Below are positions 51,279 to 61,513 of a stretch of DNA of 64,000 nucleotides, in pieces. Every line of letters starts with the position of its first letter. The stretch's first letter is position 1. Under the pieces are notes generated by a model. That model saw nothing but the letters and a program-made list of their open reading frames with translations, searched no databases and was not told where the DNA came from. The position numbers and the translations under genes were made by a program. Where the stretch lies: the NCBI GenBank assembly GCA_019136685.1, contig JAGVTS010000124.1, positions 17,460-81,459 on the forward strand, written 5' to 3'. The DNA is from Bacillota bacterium. Lineage in GTDB: Bacteria > Bacillota > DTU025.

Positions 51279-52768
51279 CGGAGCGAGATGACTACGAGGT
51301 TGTTGTCGGAATCGAGGTCCATGCGGAGCTGGCGACCGAGTCCAAGGTGTTCTGTGGGTGCAAGACGGATTTCGGAGCTAGGCCCAACTCACAGACGTGT
51401 CCGGTTTGCCTGGGCATGCCGGGCGCCCTGCCGGTGCTGAACAGACGCGCACTGGAGTACACGATCCGGGCTGGGCTCGCGCTTAACTGTAGCATCGCCG
51501 TCCGGACCAAGTTCGACAGGAAGAACTACTTCTATCCCGACCTCGCCAAGGGCTACCAGGTGTCGCAGTATGACATCCCCGTCGCGCACGACGGGTACAT
51601 TGATATAGAGGTGGACGGGCAGCCCAAACGGATACGAGTCAGGCGTGTGCATCTTGAGGAGGAGACCGCCAAGCTAGTGCATGCCGGGGACGACATAATC
51701 TCCGCCAACCAGTCCCTCCTCGATTTCAACCGCTCCGGGATCGGACTGATCGAGATTGTGTCAGACGCCGACATGCGTTCGGCCGACGAGGCCCGGGCGT
51801 ATCTGACTAAGCTTCGGTCTATCTTGGTGGCCATCGGCGTGTCCGACTGCAAGATGGAGGAAGGCTCCATGAGGTGCGAAGCCAACGTCTCCGTGAGGCT
51901 CCGGGGCTCGAAGGAGTACGGCACCCTGGTGGAGCTGAAGAACATAGCGTCGTTCAGGGCAGTGCACAGGGCCATTCAGTATGAGTCGGCGCGCCAGATC
52001 GACCTGGTGCGCTCCGGCGGACGGGTCACCCGCGAGACGCGACACTGGGATGACGCCCGCGGCGAAACGGCGTTCATGCGCAGCAAGGAGCAGGCGGCCG
52101 ACTACCGCTACTTCCCCGAGCCGGACCTGATGCCGCTTGAGATCTCCCGTGAATGGGTGGATGAGATCAAGAGCGGTCTGCCGGAACTGCCCGATGCCAG
52201 GGCCGCAAGGTACGCGCGCGAGTTCGGCCTCCCGGCAAGCGACGCGGCCCTGATAGCCGAGTCTCGGGAGCTGGCCTCCTTCTTCGATGGCGTGTGCGAT
52301 GCTCTCGCGAAGGCAGGCGCCGAGGCCGTCGACCGCACTGACGGGCCCAGGGAAGCGGCGAAGTGGCTTGTCGGTGATGTGTCGGCAGCGCTCAATGCCA
52401 GTGGAATTGAACTTTCGCAGTCGAAGCTCGCGCCGGAGCTTCTGGCGGAGCTGATCGGGCTCGTGGCCTCGGGCAAGATCTCCGGCAAGATTGCGAAATC
52501 CGTGTTCGAGGAGGTTTTCGCCTCAGGCAAGCGCCCCGGCGACGTGGTGCGGGAGCGTGGGCTAGTTCAGATAAGCGATGCGGGTCAGCTTGCTGCGATT
52601 GTGCAGCGTGTGATCGAGGCCAACCCCGGTCCGGTGTCCGACTACTTCGCGGGCAAAGAGAAGGCCATCACCTTCCTGGTGGGTCAGATCATGAAAGAGA
52701 CCAGAGGACGGGCCAACCCGCAGGAGACCAACAGGATCCTCAGGGAGGAGCTGGCCAAGAGGGCGTAG
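51266..52768 (+). CDS. gatB: Asp-tRNA(Asn)/Glu-tRNA(Gln) amidotransferase subunit B
   Basis: GatB N-terminal cradle domain (EVVVGIEVHAEL, CPVCLGMPGALP) and C-terminal YqeY-like domain. Confidence 0.95.
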   Translation: MRKVTERDDYEVVVGIEVHAELATESKVFCGCKTDFGARPNSQTCPVCLGMPGALPVLNRRALEYTIRAGLALNCSIAVRTKFDRKNYFYPDLAKGYQVSQYDIPVAHDGYIDIEVDGQPKRIRVRRVHLEEETAKLVHAGDDIISANQSLLDFNRSGIGLIEIVSDADMRSADEARAYLTKLRSILVAIGVSDCKMEEGSMRCEANVSVRLRGSKEYGTLVELKNIASFRAVHRAIQYESARQIDLVRSGGRVTRETRHWDDARGETAFMRSKEQAADYRYFPEPDLMPLEISREWVDEIKSGLPELPDARAARYAREFGLPASDAALIAESRELASFFDGVCDALAKAGAEAVDRTDGPREAAKWLVGDVSAALNASGIELSQSKLAPELLAELIGLVASGKISGKIAKSVFEEVFASGKRPGDVVRERGLVQISDAGQLAAIVQRVIEANPGPVSDYFAGKEKAITFLVGQIMKETRGRANPQETNRILREELAKRA

Positions 52769-52813
52769 GCCGTCATCGAATCACGGCGAGCCCACACGTC
52801 TACGTGATTGTGC

Positions 52814-52859
52814 GTCGGCGCGGCGACGAGTTCGAGTTGCCGCGCCGACGATTCTTCAT
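52814..52859 (+). terminator. hairpin terminator after gatCAB (perfect 11-bp GC-rich stem GTCGGCGCGGC/GCCGCGCCGAC)
   Basis: Stem 52814-52824 and 52839-52849, 14-nt loop, followed by ATTCTTCAT. Lies between convergent genes. Confidence 0.45.
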
Positions 52860-52953
52860 AGGCCATTGGCGGTTTCGATAGCAGGCGGAGCCAAGCCTGG
52901 CAGCGGGAGCGGCATAGCGGCGGACCGCAAGCCCGATGGGACAGTGTGTGTGT

Positions 52954-53502
52954 TCATTTTGCGGACGCATCACAAAAGGCCATGTAAACGGGGCATTGCC
53001 CGTCTGGGCCCTGCGGAAGGCCGCTCTCGCTGCCCGCCGAGGCTACGCCCGAGACTAGCAAGACTTGATCATCGTCATCATACCCGTACGCCACCCCGAA
53101 CTCCCCGGTGTCCACTCCCCATAGTATCGCTCCGATCCCCCGGTCGACTGACTCCCGGATCCGCTGAATCGTGTGCCGACGGGCCGCGTCGCAGATAGGC
53201 GTGCGGGGTTCGGCCATGTTGACCTCGGCGAAGATTCCGATCCTGGCCATGGCTTGCTGATGCTCCGACGTCCAGTCATACACCGTTACCGACGACGGGC
53301 AGCATTCCTCGTGCACGATGAAGTGAAATCCTATACCTGTCATCCCCATCATCTGGCTGAGGCTGAAGTCGGTCATGTTGGCTGCCGTCAGCACGCCGTG
53401 GGCAGCGCCCACATAGGAAGTCCATGATGGAGTGAGACGGGCTCGTATCGAGTTCTTCATCTCTGCAGCACCTCCGCGAAGCGATTCTGACATGTGCGAC
53501 AT
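52954..53502 (-). CDS. hypothetical protein (possible BtrH_N / peptidase-C39-like fold)
   Basis: 182-aa ORF convergent with gatB. Weak resemblance only (GIGFHFIVHEECCPSS). Start uncertain. Confidence 0.3.
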   Translation of the reverse strand: MSHMSESLRGGAAEMKNSIRARLTPSWTSYVGAAHGVLTAANMTDFSLSQMMGMTGIGFHFIVHEECCPSSVTVYDWTSEHQQAMARIGIFAEVNMAEPRTPICDAARRHTIQRIRESVDRGIGAILWGVDTGEFGVAYGYDDDDQVLLVSGVASAGSESGLPQGPDGQCPVYMAFCDASAK

Positions 53503-53939
53503 GTGATGTCATATTGTGCTGAGCCGGCTTCGGCGACGAGTTCGACTTCCGGTGCCGGCAATCCTGCATAGGCTGCTCGTGGAATGGGAGTGGAGATCAT
53601 CCTCGCCCGGCGGCTCCTCGAATTGCTGCGTCGGATCGCCAACTCACAGCTCACCGCGCCTAGAGCTCCCCAAGCGCAATGCAGCATTGCGGAGCAGGCG
53701 TATCTACGTGGAGTGTCGAGCCTGACGGAGGCGTCACTCCGTGCGCAGGCCTCAGAGCGCCACAGTTCGTGGTCGGCAACGTACGACAGGCACAGCTGGC
53801 CGACATCGTTGGTGATTCAGTAGCCGGTCCCGCTACCCAGAGGGTATTGGGAGCGGATTTCATGTGCAGTGAGGAGGCCTGGTTCTCTGGAGAGACGCAG
53901 AAACCTTTGTTGCCGCGGCGGCGGAGGCGCCATAGGTGG

Positions 53940-54305
53940 TCAGCTATCTGGCATGAAGCCGCTGCACTTGCGTATTACCTGGCAGATCTGGGTATCAAGC
54001 GCCGGGAGCTCGTCCTGGACCACTGCCCACACGAGCTGAGGATCAACATGCCCGTAATCGTGTATCAACTTGTTCCTCATGTCCTTTATGTCGCGCCAGG
54101 GGATTTCTGGGTACCGAGCCTTTAGTGACTCAGGAAGTCTGCCGACTGCTTCCCCCACGATCTCTATTCGCCTTATGACTGCATCCTGCAACACGTCATC
54201 ATACAGGAATTCGTCCATACCGAGACCATCAGTGTACCGCCTAATGCGCGCAATGCTATCCGCAATGTCCTCCAGGTAGGGGCGAACATCACGTGAGCGA
54301 GTCAT
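53940..54305 (-). CDS. hepT: HepT-like HEPN toxin (DUF86)
   Basis: Rx4HxY motif in RNKLIHDYGHVD. 121 aa. Overlaps the stop of the upstream MNT gene. Confidence 0.7.
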   Translation of the reverse strand: MTRSRDVRPYLEDIADSIARIRRYTDGLGMDEFLYDDVLQDAVIRRIEIVGEAVGRLPESLKARYPEIPWRDIKDMRNKLIHDYGHVDPQLVWAVVQDELPALDTQICQVIRKCSGFMPDS

Positions 54306-54586
54306 AGTAGCGGCACCCTTTCTTCCATCACTCGCTCGCGGATGATGGGGTGCAGGCTATTCGGGGTCACTACATCAACATCAACACCAAGCGCATCCCT
54401 GAGTTCTCGTTCTAGGCGAACCAGATCAAAGAGCGATCTCCCATGCTCAAACTCAACAAGAACATCGAGGTCGCTTTCGCGATCTGCGTCACCACGCGCG
54501 TACGAACCGAAGATGCAGACACTGACTACTCCGTGCTTCTGGGCAATGCGGATGAGTTCCTGAGTACTCTCATTTGAGAGGCGCAC
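54302..54586 (-). CDS. mntA: minimal nucleotidyltransferase antitoxin (MntA-like)
   Basis: GSYARGDADRESDLDVLVEF (GS-x9-DxD) nucleotidyltransferase motif. 94 aa. Classic MNT-HepT pair. Confidence 0.7.
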   Translation of the reverse strand: MRLSNESTQELIRIAQKHGVVSVCIFGSYARGDADRESDLDVLVEFEHGRSLFDLVRLERELRDALGVDVDVVTPNSLHPIIRERVMEERVPLL

Positions 54587-54811
54587 TTCGACCTACCTCC
54601 GCAACCTGCCGGATTGTGTCCTCCGCTCGCTACTATTCTACCATACGTCCGACTCGGCCCGCATCACTTCGCAGGGGACCTTCCCAGGACCCAGTCCCGT
54701 GAGGACATGCGGTCGGGCACAGAAGGAATGGGCGCGCGTCGCGTTGAACAAGACGACTGGAGGAAGCTTGGCCAGAGCTGGGATGGCTGGGCGATTATGT
54801 ACGAGGAGGAG

Positions 54812-55738
54812 ATGCCTGTGACCAAGAGAAGGGCGAGATTCGCGTGGACCATCGTGGCGCTGTTTGTGGCTATGTCCGTTTGCGCATGGAGGCCTATTGC
54901 GGCGACGGCGGCGAGCCCTGCGGAGCGCGACACCTGCGGCATTATCGCATTCCTCACAGACTGGGGCACCCGCGACTTCTACGTGGGGGCCGCCAAGGGC
55001 GTGGCCTATTCAGTGTTCCCGGAGGCGCGGCTCGTCGATATCACGCACGAGATCGAGCCGTACAACATCATGGAGGGCGCGGTAACCCTGCTTCTTGCGG
55101 CCAGGGAGTTCCCGTCCGGCACAGTATTCGTGGCTGTTGTGGATCCCGGGGTGGGCACCGAGAGGCGCCCCATAGCGGTCAGGACCGCAGACGGCAGGTT
55201 CTTCATCGGCCCGGACAACGGGATATTCACTATGGTGATGCAGGAGTTCGGCGTCGATGAGGTTCGAACCATAACTAACCGGGCGTTCATGCGCCCCGGG
55301 CCCACATCGTTCTCGTTCCACGGACGCGACATATTTACTCCTACCGCCTCCAATCTGGCTGCGGGCCGCAAGTTTGCGGAAGTTGGACCCGCGGCGGACG
55401 AGGTCGTTCTGCTCGACATCAAGGCGGCGCGAGTTGAGGACGGAAAGGCATACGGAGAGATCGTGCTGATTGACCAGTACGGGAACCTCCAGGCCAACAT
55501 CGGTCGTGACCTCCTGGCTGAGCTGGGGCTGACACTTGGAGACACAGCCTTGGTGACGGTGGGCGGCAAGACGATTCCCAGCAAGCTTGTGAATACATAC
55601 GGCGATGTTCCCGAAGGCGAGCACCTGATTTTCGTCGCCAGTACAGACTGGGTGGAGATCTCTATCAATATGGATGATGCCAAAGCCGCCTTCGGCGCGC
55701 AGATCGGGTCTCCTGTCGTGATTGAGAAGGCCAGGTAA
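54812..55738 (+). CDS. SAM hydroxide adenosyltransferase family protein (DUF62) with N-terminal signal peptide
   Basis: IAFLTDWGTRDFYVGAAKGV...VVDPGVGTERRPIA motifs of DUF62 fluorinase/chlorinase-like proteins. ATG 54812 follows GAGGAGGAG. The upstream part of the ORF track extension is not protein-like. Confidence 0.7.
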   Translation: MPVTKRRARFAWTIVALFVAMSVCAWRPIAATAASPAERDTCGIIAFLTDWGTRDFYVGAAKGVAYSVFPEARLVDITHEIEPYNIMEGAVTLLLAAREFPSGTVFVAVVDPGVGTERRPIAVRTADGRFFIGPDNGIFTMVMQEFGVDEVRTITNRAFMRPGPTSFSFHGRDIFTPTASNLAAGRKFAEVGPAADEVVLLDIKAARVEDGKAYGEIVLIDQYGNLQANIGRDLLAELGLTLGDTALVTVGGKTIPSKLVNTYGDVPEGEHLIFVASTDWVEISINMDDAKAAFGAQIGSPVVIEKAR

Positions 55739-55783
55739 ACGTCTGCGCAATGCGGGCCGGGCAAGGCCTCGGGGAGTGGCTAC

Positions 55784-56749
55784 ATGCTAGTTGCTGATTT
55801 GCAGCAGTGTCATCTGGAAGAAGCCTGTGAACTCTTTGCTGCTACTTACCGCCGCCAACGTGAGGCGGCGCCCATACTGGACGAAAGCAATGCAGATGCA
55901 GCACGAGTACTGCCTATGCTGAAATGGTGTTTGGAAAAGCACCCGGGCACGGCAGTGATTGAGAGCGGCAAGATGATTGCCTACATGACAGGGTTTTACA
56001 TCGACGAACTCCTGGGCGTACATAGAGGAGCCTTGTGTCCTGAATGGGCCCATGCGTCTACGAATGAGGAATCCTTCGAAACTCACCGTCTCATGTATCA
56101 GGCTTTAGGACAGAAATGGGTCGACGACGGATGCCTCACTCATGCCATCTACTTCATGAACTATGCCCGAGAGGCACAGGGCGCTTTCGTCTGGAATGGC
56201 TTCGGGAGCATATGTGTCGATGCCGTTCGTCCTGTCGAGCCTATAAGCGTGAAGGCGCCGGAGGGGGTTCGGATTGCCGCGATACGCGAAGAAGACATGC
56301 CGGTCTGGTTGCCATTGGTAGACGGACACAATCGGCATGTGGCCAAATCGCCCGCGTTCAAGCCATATCTGGAGCCCGAAAGCGCGGCTGAGCTTGGCGA
56401 TACGTTGAGGCAGCCTGGGAATCTTGCATGGATGGCATGGCATGGCAATGAAGCCGTGGGGTACATGAAGGTAGCGCCTGTTGAGGATGGAACCGCCTGG
56501 ATAGTCAATGGAGAAAGGAAATTCGCCGTGAACGGCGCCTACGTGAAGCCTGAATACAGGAGCATGGGTATTGCTAAGTCGTTGCTCTCAGCCGTCATGG
56601 AATGGGCACTGAGAGAAGGGTTTGTACGGTGTTCAGTGGAGTTTGAGGCAACGAATGTGGAGGCATGCCGGTTCTGGCTGAAGCATTTCGAGCCTGTATG
56701 CAGGTCCATGGTGCGGCGGTTGGACGAGAGGATATTGAGCACCATCTGA
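55784..56749 (+). CDS. GNAT-family N-acetyltransferase (tandem GNAT-like domains)
   Basis: C-terminal GNAT motif VNGAYVKPEYRSMGIAKSLLSAVMEWA. 321 aa. Confidence 0.55.
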   Translation: MLVADLQQCHLEEACELFAATYRRQREAAPILDESNADAARVLPMLKWCLEKHPGTAVIESGKMIAYMTGFYIDELLGVHRGALCPEWAHASTNEESFETHRLMYQALGQKWVDDGCLTHAIYFMNYAREAQGAFVWNGFGSICVDAVRPVEPISVKAPEGVRIAAIREEDMPVWLPLVDGHNRHVAKSPAFKPYLEPESAAELGDTLRQPGNLAWMAWHGNEAVGYMKVAPVEDGTAWIVNGERKFAVNGAYVKPEYRSMGIAKSLLSAVMEWALREGFVRCSVEFEATNVEACRFWLKHFEPVCRSMVRRLDERILSTI

Positions 56750-56769
56750 GTAGAGGCCGCGCAGAAGAC

Positions 56770-56794
56770 AAGGGGCGGGATAAACCCGCCCCTT
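56770..56794. terminator. bidirectional GC-rich hairpin between convergent genes
   Basis: AAGGGGCGGG-ATAAA-CCCGCCCCTT, a perfect 10-bp stem. No U-tract. Confidence 0.5.
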
Positions 56795-56835
56795 CGCTGG
56801 TCTTGAAGATGAACGAGACAGCTTGGCGAAGCCGG

Positions 56836-57765
56836 TCACTTGGGCCACACGATAATGGAGCCCAATCGCCGAGAATCGATTCTCTGCATTCCGGCAGAAC
56901 CTCCGCTTACTAGGAGGTCCAGACCATCGGCGCCGACCAGGATTCCATCGATGATGGAACCATCCAGCATCATCAGGCGGACGGGAATGCCCTGTGCCGC
57001 GTCGGCGCCTAACGAGACTACTGACTCCGGAATCGATGATGCTACCTCGCTGGCTGTCAGTGCTCGGCTGTAGATACGAACCTCGCGTACGGCCCCGGAT
57101 AGGTTATGGCGCTCGTCGTCATCCGCATACGCGCCTATGGCGAGCACGCCCTGGTCAGGGTAGCAAATCAAGCCGTGCTGGTCATTGGACTCTGCCGCCA
57201 GCCGACCATCCACATAGAGCCTCATCACTGTTCCGTCGTACACCCCTACCACGTGGTACCACTTGCCTGTCTCGAAAGGGCCGTCAGCCTTCATATACGT
57301 CAGGTATGAAGGATAGGGGTCTGTTACTTTGCGGTCCCCGAGCGAGGCCAGGCCGAACATGAATCTGCCGTCCAGGCAGCCTAGTATCCAGCCACGCTCG
57401 TAGCTTCCGTTGTCCTGTATGAAGTTCGCGAAGCTGGCCCAGTTCGTTGACTCTGCGACCATTACCCACGCTTCGACGGTGATGGCGGCCGATGGCAAAG
57501 CAAGACCGCTTGTCGCCCCTGAGTAGATAACGAAGTGGTTTGAAGAACCGTCCATGAGGTACCACTTGCCGTCAGGCCCGTCGATCCAGGCCGCAGGGCC
57601 GGCGGTCTTGCCGGGCGGCCCGTGAAGTGCGATCAGTGTGTCGGCGGATACGTGAGCCGGGTCAAGAACCCATTGCATCCAGAGCCCCGGCGGAGCGGCA
57701 CTGCAGATGCCACTGGCACCCATTACTAGGAGTACGACTGCTAGCGCGACTAGTCTTCGAGCCAT
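56836..57765 (-). CDS. secreted LamG-like (concanavalin A-like lectin/glucanase) domain protein
   Basis: Signal peptide MARRLVALAVVLLVMGASGICSAA. Laminin_G_3-like core (WYHVVGVYDGTVMRLYVDG...SRAL). 309 aa. Confidence 0.6.
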   Translation of the reverse strand: MARRLVALAVVLLVMGASGICSAAPPGLWMQWVLDPAHVSADTLIALHGPPGKTAGPAAWIDGPDGKWYLMDGSSNHFVIYSGATSGLALPSAAITVEAWVMVAESTNWASFANFIQDNGSYERGWILGCLDGRFMFGLASLGDRKVTDPYPSYLTYMKADGPFETGKWYHVVGVYDGTVMRLYVDGRLAAESNDQHGLICYPDQGVLAIGAYADDDERHNLSGAVREVRIYSRALTASEVASSIPESVVSLGADAAQGIPVRLMMLDGSIIDGILVGADGLDLLVSGGSAGMQRIDSRRLGSIIVWPK

Positions 57766-57814
57766 GTGTCTGCGCCTCCAATCACGGTTCTGATGAGTGG
57801 CGTCGGTGGATAGC

Positions 57815-58633
57815 TCATCTGCCCACCTGGATCTGATCGATAGCCATTGCGGAAGGCCCGCCTTCCGCGCGAGGGTGCGAGAAGATTTGCAGATACACCG
57901 GCGTCCCTTCGCCGATCCAGCCCATGTCTACGACCGCTGGACTATCCATGCCCGATACCTGGAGCGCCACCTTGCCCGGATATACCTTGAGCCCGACCCA
58001 CTCGGGCGCCTTTGTCGGCTCGATCGGAAGATAGCCCTCACTTCCGTACTTCTCGGGACCGTGCGTGTTGATGAATACGACGAAACCCTCACCTTCATCA
58101 GTCGCGCAGGCGATGTGCACCCACACAGTCTGCAGAACCCACACGTCGTTGTGCCATGCAGAGGCGAGTGTCACCACAAACCCGGTCGTAAGTTTCGGGT
58201 CGGTCTTGATGAGTATCAAGCCCGGTTGCGCTGCAAACGATCGGTCAACAGTGAATATGGGCTGCCCGGACTGGATGCCGGTCTTCCCCCATGAGTTGCC
58301 GCTGGGCACGTTGACAACGAGTTTCCCCTGTTCAAACCTGGCAAACCTTCCGAAGTCGCCTCCTACCACGGCGACGGGATCCCACCGATCGCCCAGACCG
58401 TTGTCAAAGTCCTCTATCATCGCCGGTTTAGCGATAGCGAACGGTGGCCCGGAAGGCGATGCTGCCGGTATCGCGGGTGCGCCGGAGAACGTGATCGACT
58501 CGATCTCGTCTGTATCGTACGTGACAGTAGTGCCGTTGCGGAAGACTATGGTCATTGGGGCGCCGCAGACAATGGAGAGAGGAAAGGACGCCAGTGTAAA
58601 CGCGAGAATGCACAGAGCAAGAATCCGCTTCAT
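57815..58633 (-). CDS. secreted hypothetical protein
   Basis: Signal peptide MKRILALCILAFTLASFPLSIV. 272 aa. Beta-rich composition. No family recognised. Confidence 0.45.
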   Translation of the reverse strand: MKRILALCILAFTLASFPLSIVCGAPMTIVFRNGTTVTYDTDEIESITFSGAPAIPAASPSGPPFAIAKPAMIEDFDNGLGDRWDPVAVVGGDFGRFARFEQGKLVVNVPSGNSWGKTGIQSGQPIFTVDRSFAAQPGLILIKTDPKLTTGFVVTLASAWHNDVWVLQTVWVHIACATDEGEGFVVFINTHGPEKYGSEGYLPIEPTKAPEWVGLKVYPGKVALQVSGMDSPAVVDMGWIGEGTPVYLQIFSHPRAEGGPSAMAIDQIQVGR

Positions 58634-58770
58634 GAAATCGCCTCCTCAAGTGGGCACACGCCTAGAGAGACTGATGAGCGATGATTCTGCAAATCTGCGT
58701 CCTTTCCTTCGATCCCAATGACCAGGGCGTCAGAAAATCTCGGACTACCGCTGATCAGGCAGTATTCTCT

Positions 58771-60119
58771 CTACTGCTTCCCAGTGACCGAGCACCCGTC
58801 GAACTGGACATATGGAAGCCTCATGTCGGCTATCTCTACCGACTCGCGCGATACTCCGGTCACCTGTCGGAGCAGATCGTAGACATTGCCGGCGATCATC
58901 GCTTCCCTGACGGGGCAGATGATCCTGCCGGCCTCGATGTAGTAACCGCCCTTGACCACGCCGGAAAAATCCCCGCTCACCTCGTCCAGGTTTCCGGAGA
59001 ACCTGTTCACGATCAGCCCCTTCGAGCATGCGGCTACCATCTCGTCGAGCGAGCGTTCGCCGGGGGCGATCACAAAATTGGTCGGACCGATAGACGGCGT
59101 ATTCTGATCGCTTCCGGCGGCGCGCCCGTTCGAGGCAACTCCGTCCTTTCGGGCGGTGTAGCAGTTGTACAGGTAGTGATTGAGCACGCCGTCCTTCACA
59201 AGCTCGAGCCGGCGCGCCGGCACGCCCTCCCTGTCGAACGCGGTTGAGCCGGCGGCTCCGGGAATCGATGGATCATCGACGATCGACAGCAGGGGCGACA
59301 GAACCTGTGTCCCAAGCATTCCTTTCCACTTGGACCGGCCGGTCTGAACATTCTCCGCATCGGACGAGAAAGCGATAGGGGGGGAAATCAGATCTATCCC
59401 TGCGTATGGAGCGACGATCACTGCGCCTCTGAAACTGGGTATAGTAGTCGCCCCTAAGGTGGCGACGACCTTTTCGCCCAGCTTGCGTCCTAGAGCGGCC
59501 GGATCCATCCCGGACATCCGGCTCGATGCGCCGACTTCCATGTCGAAGGAGGACACGGTCTCGCCGTCGCGGGCGAACGCCATGGCCTGACATACGAATA
59601 AGCTGCGCTTCTCGGAAAGACGAATCCCCCGGGAGTTGGCGATGGCTTTCTCCGAAACCTCTATGGTGTACATAGCTGAGTCCAGAGTCACCCTCGGGTC
59701 GGCGCCGCGTGCCGCCTCCAGCATGAGACGGCCTTGATCGATCGCGTCTCGGAGGGTACGCTCTTCAGCTGACTGATTATAGATATCGGTCACTGGCTCG
59801 GTTGGCGCGGGCTCGGGGAGGGAGTAGTTGGGGTCTTCCGGCGAGGCATGGGCTATCGCTATGGCGGCGGAAAGCGCGTTTTCGAGCGACTCGGAGGTGA
59901 GAAGGTTTGTGGCTGCGAAACCCAGCCTGGCGCCATTCGATCCGCCAAGGAGCACCCGTATGCCCACGCCTTCATAGGTATCGCCTTTGGGAACCTGGAG
60001 GTCGTTCTTTTCGAACATGGCCTCGAGTTTCCTGACCTTTCTGTAGAACACTTCCGCATCGGCCGCGCCCAACGCCAGAGCGCGCCGGACCAGATCGTCG
60101 CAGAGATCGAGATGCATCG
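58771..60119 (-). CDS. PmbA/TldE-family protein (second copy)
   Basis: PmbA_TldD superfamily without HExxxH. Real start MHLDL... is preceded by GGAGGG. The upstream ORF extension overlaps the next gene. Confidence 0.75.
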
Positions 60120-60133
60120 AACCATTCCCTCCT

Positions 60134-61513
60134 CTACTCATGGCGCCCTCCAACAGTGACCCGGCAGCGCAGGTAAGGGCCTCCGGCATCTACCTTGGCC
60201 GGCTGCCACTTGCCGCAATGGCCGGCGCCAAGGCTGCAGACGAAGTCTGACGATACTGCGTCTACGCTCTGCAGTACTTCGAAGGCCTGCCCTGAGATGG
60301 TTATGCCTTTGACCAGCTCTCCGAGCTTGCCGTGGTTGATGACGTAGCCTTCGGCCACTCCGAACATGAACTCCGCCGTGGAGTCGGCTTGCCCGCCGCC
60401 GGCGCCCATCTCGCGGAGAAGCAGGCCATCGTCGATGCCCGCAATCATCTGGTCCAGATCGTCGTTCCCGGGGAGTATGCATGTGTTTGTCATACGGATA
60501 AGAGGCTCATCACGGTACGTGAAAGCGCGAGCATTGCCGCGTGGTTCGGCCTTGAGGACTTCAGCCGACTCGCGGCTATGCAGGTAGTCGCGGAGAATTC
60601 CGCGGTCTATGATGACGGTGCGCTGGCCCAGAACGCCCTCGTCGTCCGCGAGGACCATGCCCGCGGCCCCTGTCATCGCGCCATCGTCTACCATCGTGAC
60701 TAGATCAGACGCGACCTTCTGGCCGATCTTGCCCTGCACCACAGACCCGGCCTGGACGAAGTCGGCTTCCACTGTGTGTCCGATGGCCTCGTGAGCCAGC
60801 ACCCCAACGAGCATGGGGTCGAGGATCACGGTATACTGCCCGCCGCGGACGTAGCCTGCGTCGAGCTTGCGTACGGCCAAGTCCGCGGCGTCATCGGCCG
60901 CTCTGTCCAGACTGACCTTGCCCAGCAGATCCTTCCATGAGCCTGTGACCCCCCAGCTCTTGATTGCCATCTCGAGTTGGTCGCCTCGGCCCGCAGTGGC
61001 TGTCACGTGGAAGCTGGGCTTGTTGTCGAGGATGTGGACAGCCGCCCCGTCGCTGGTGACTATGTACTTCTCGTCTTCATACTGTAGATATCTCACTGTG
61101 CTCGCCACAATCAGAGACGAGCGCTCGCGAACACGCCTCTCGGCGGCCATGATCAACTGGATCTTCTCTGCAATGCTGGGCTCGCCCGCTGAGTCATAGT
61201 AGACGAACTCGCCTTGGGCGAGCTTGGCCGGGGCTAGCGCAACCTTTTCGCGGCGCAGCTCGGCGCCTATGCGCGCTGCCGCCGCCGCCTCGGAAATGGC
61301 TTTTCGCAAGCCGCCCGGGGTTACGTCCGTGGTGGAGACAAATCCCCAACAGCCGTCCACAAGGCACCTGACTCCGGCGCCTGCGAGGGTGCGCCGCTCC
61401 ACTCGGGCCAGTCTGCCGTTTTTGGCCTCAATGGACGTCTGTTCACGCTTGTGGTACCGGATCTCGCCGTATCCGGCGGCTCCCGAGATCGCCGCCTTCA
61501 GTAGATCGAGCAT
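60134..61513 (-). CDS. TldD-family metalloprotease (second copy)
   Basis: HEAIGHTVEAD HExxxH motif. 460 aa. Real start MLDLLKAAI is preceded by GGAAGGTGA. Adjacent to its PmbA-like partner. Confidence 0.8.
   Translation of the reverse strand: MLDLLKAAISGAAGYGEIRYHKREQTSIEAKNGRLARVERRTLAGAGVRCLVDGCWGFVSTTDVTPGGLRKAISEAAAAARIGAELRREKVALAPAKLAQGEFVYYDSAGEPSIAEKIQLIMAAERRVRERSSLIVASTVRYLQYEDEKYIVTSDGAAVHILDNKPSFHVTATAGRGDQLEMAIKSWGVTGSWKDLLGKVSLDRAADDAADLAVRKLDAGYVRGGQYTVILDPMLVGVLAHEAIGHTVEADFVQAGSVVQGKIGQKVASDLVTMVDDGAMTGAAGMVLADDEGVLGQRTVIIDRGILRDYLHSRESAEVLKAEPRGNARAFTYRDEPLIRMTNTCILPGNDDLDQMIAGIDDGLLLREMGAGGGQADSTAEFMFGVAEGYVINHGKLGELVKGITISGQAFEVLQSVDAVSSDFVCSLGAGHCGKWQPAKVDAGGPYLRCRVTVGGRHE

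Noticed and set aside
54614-54811. N-terminal extension of the DUF62 protein ORF
   Set aside because: No RBS and non-protein-like sequence. A GAGGAGGAG-preceded ATG at 54812 gives a canonical signal peptide followed by the DUF62 domain.
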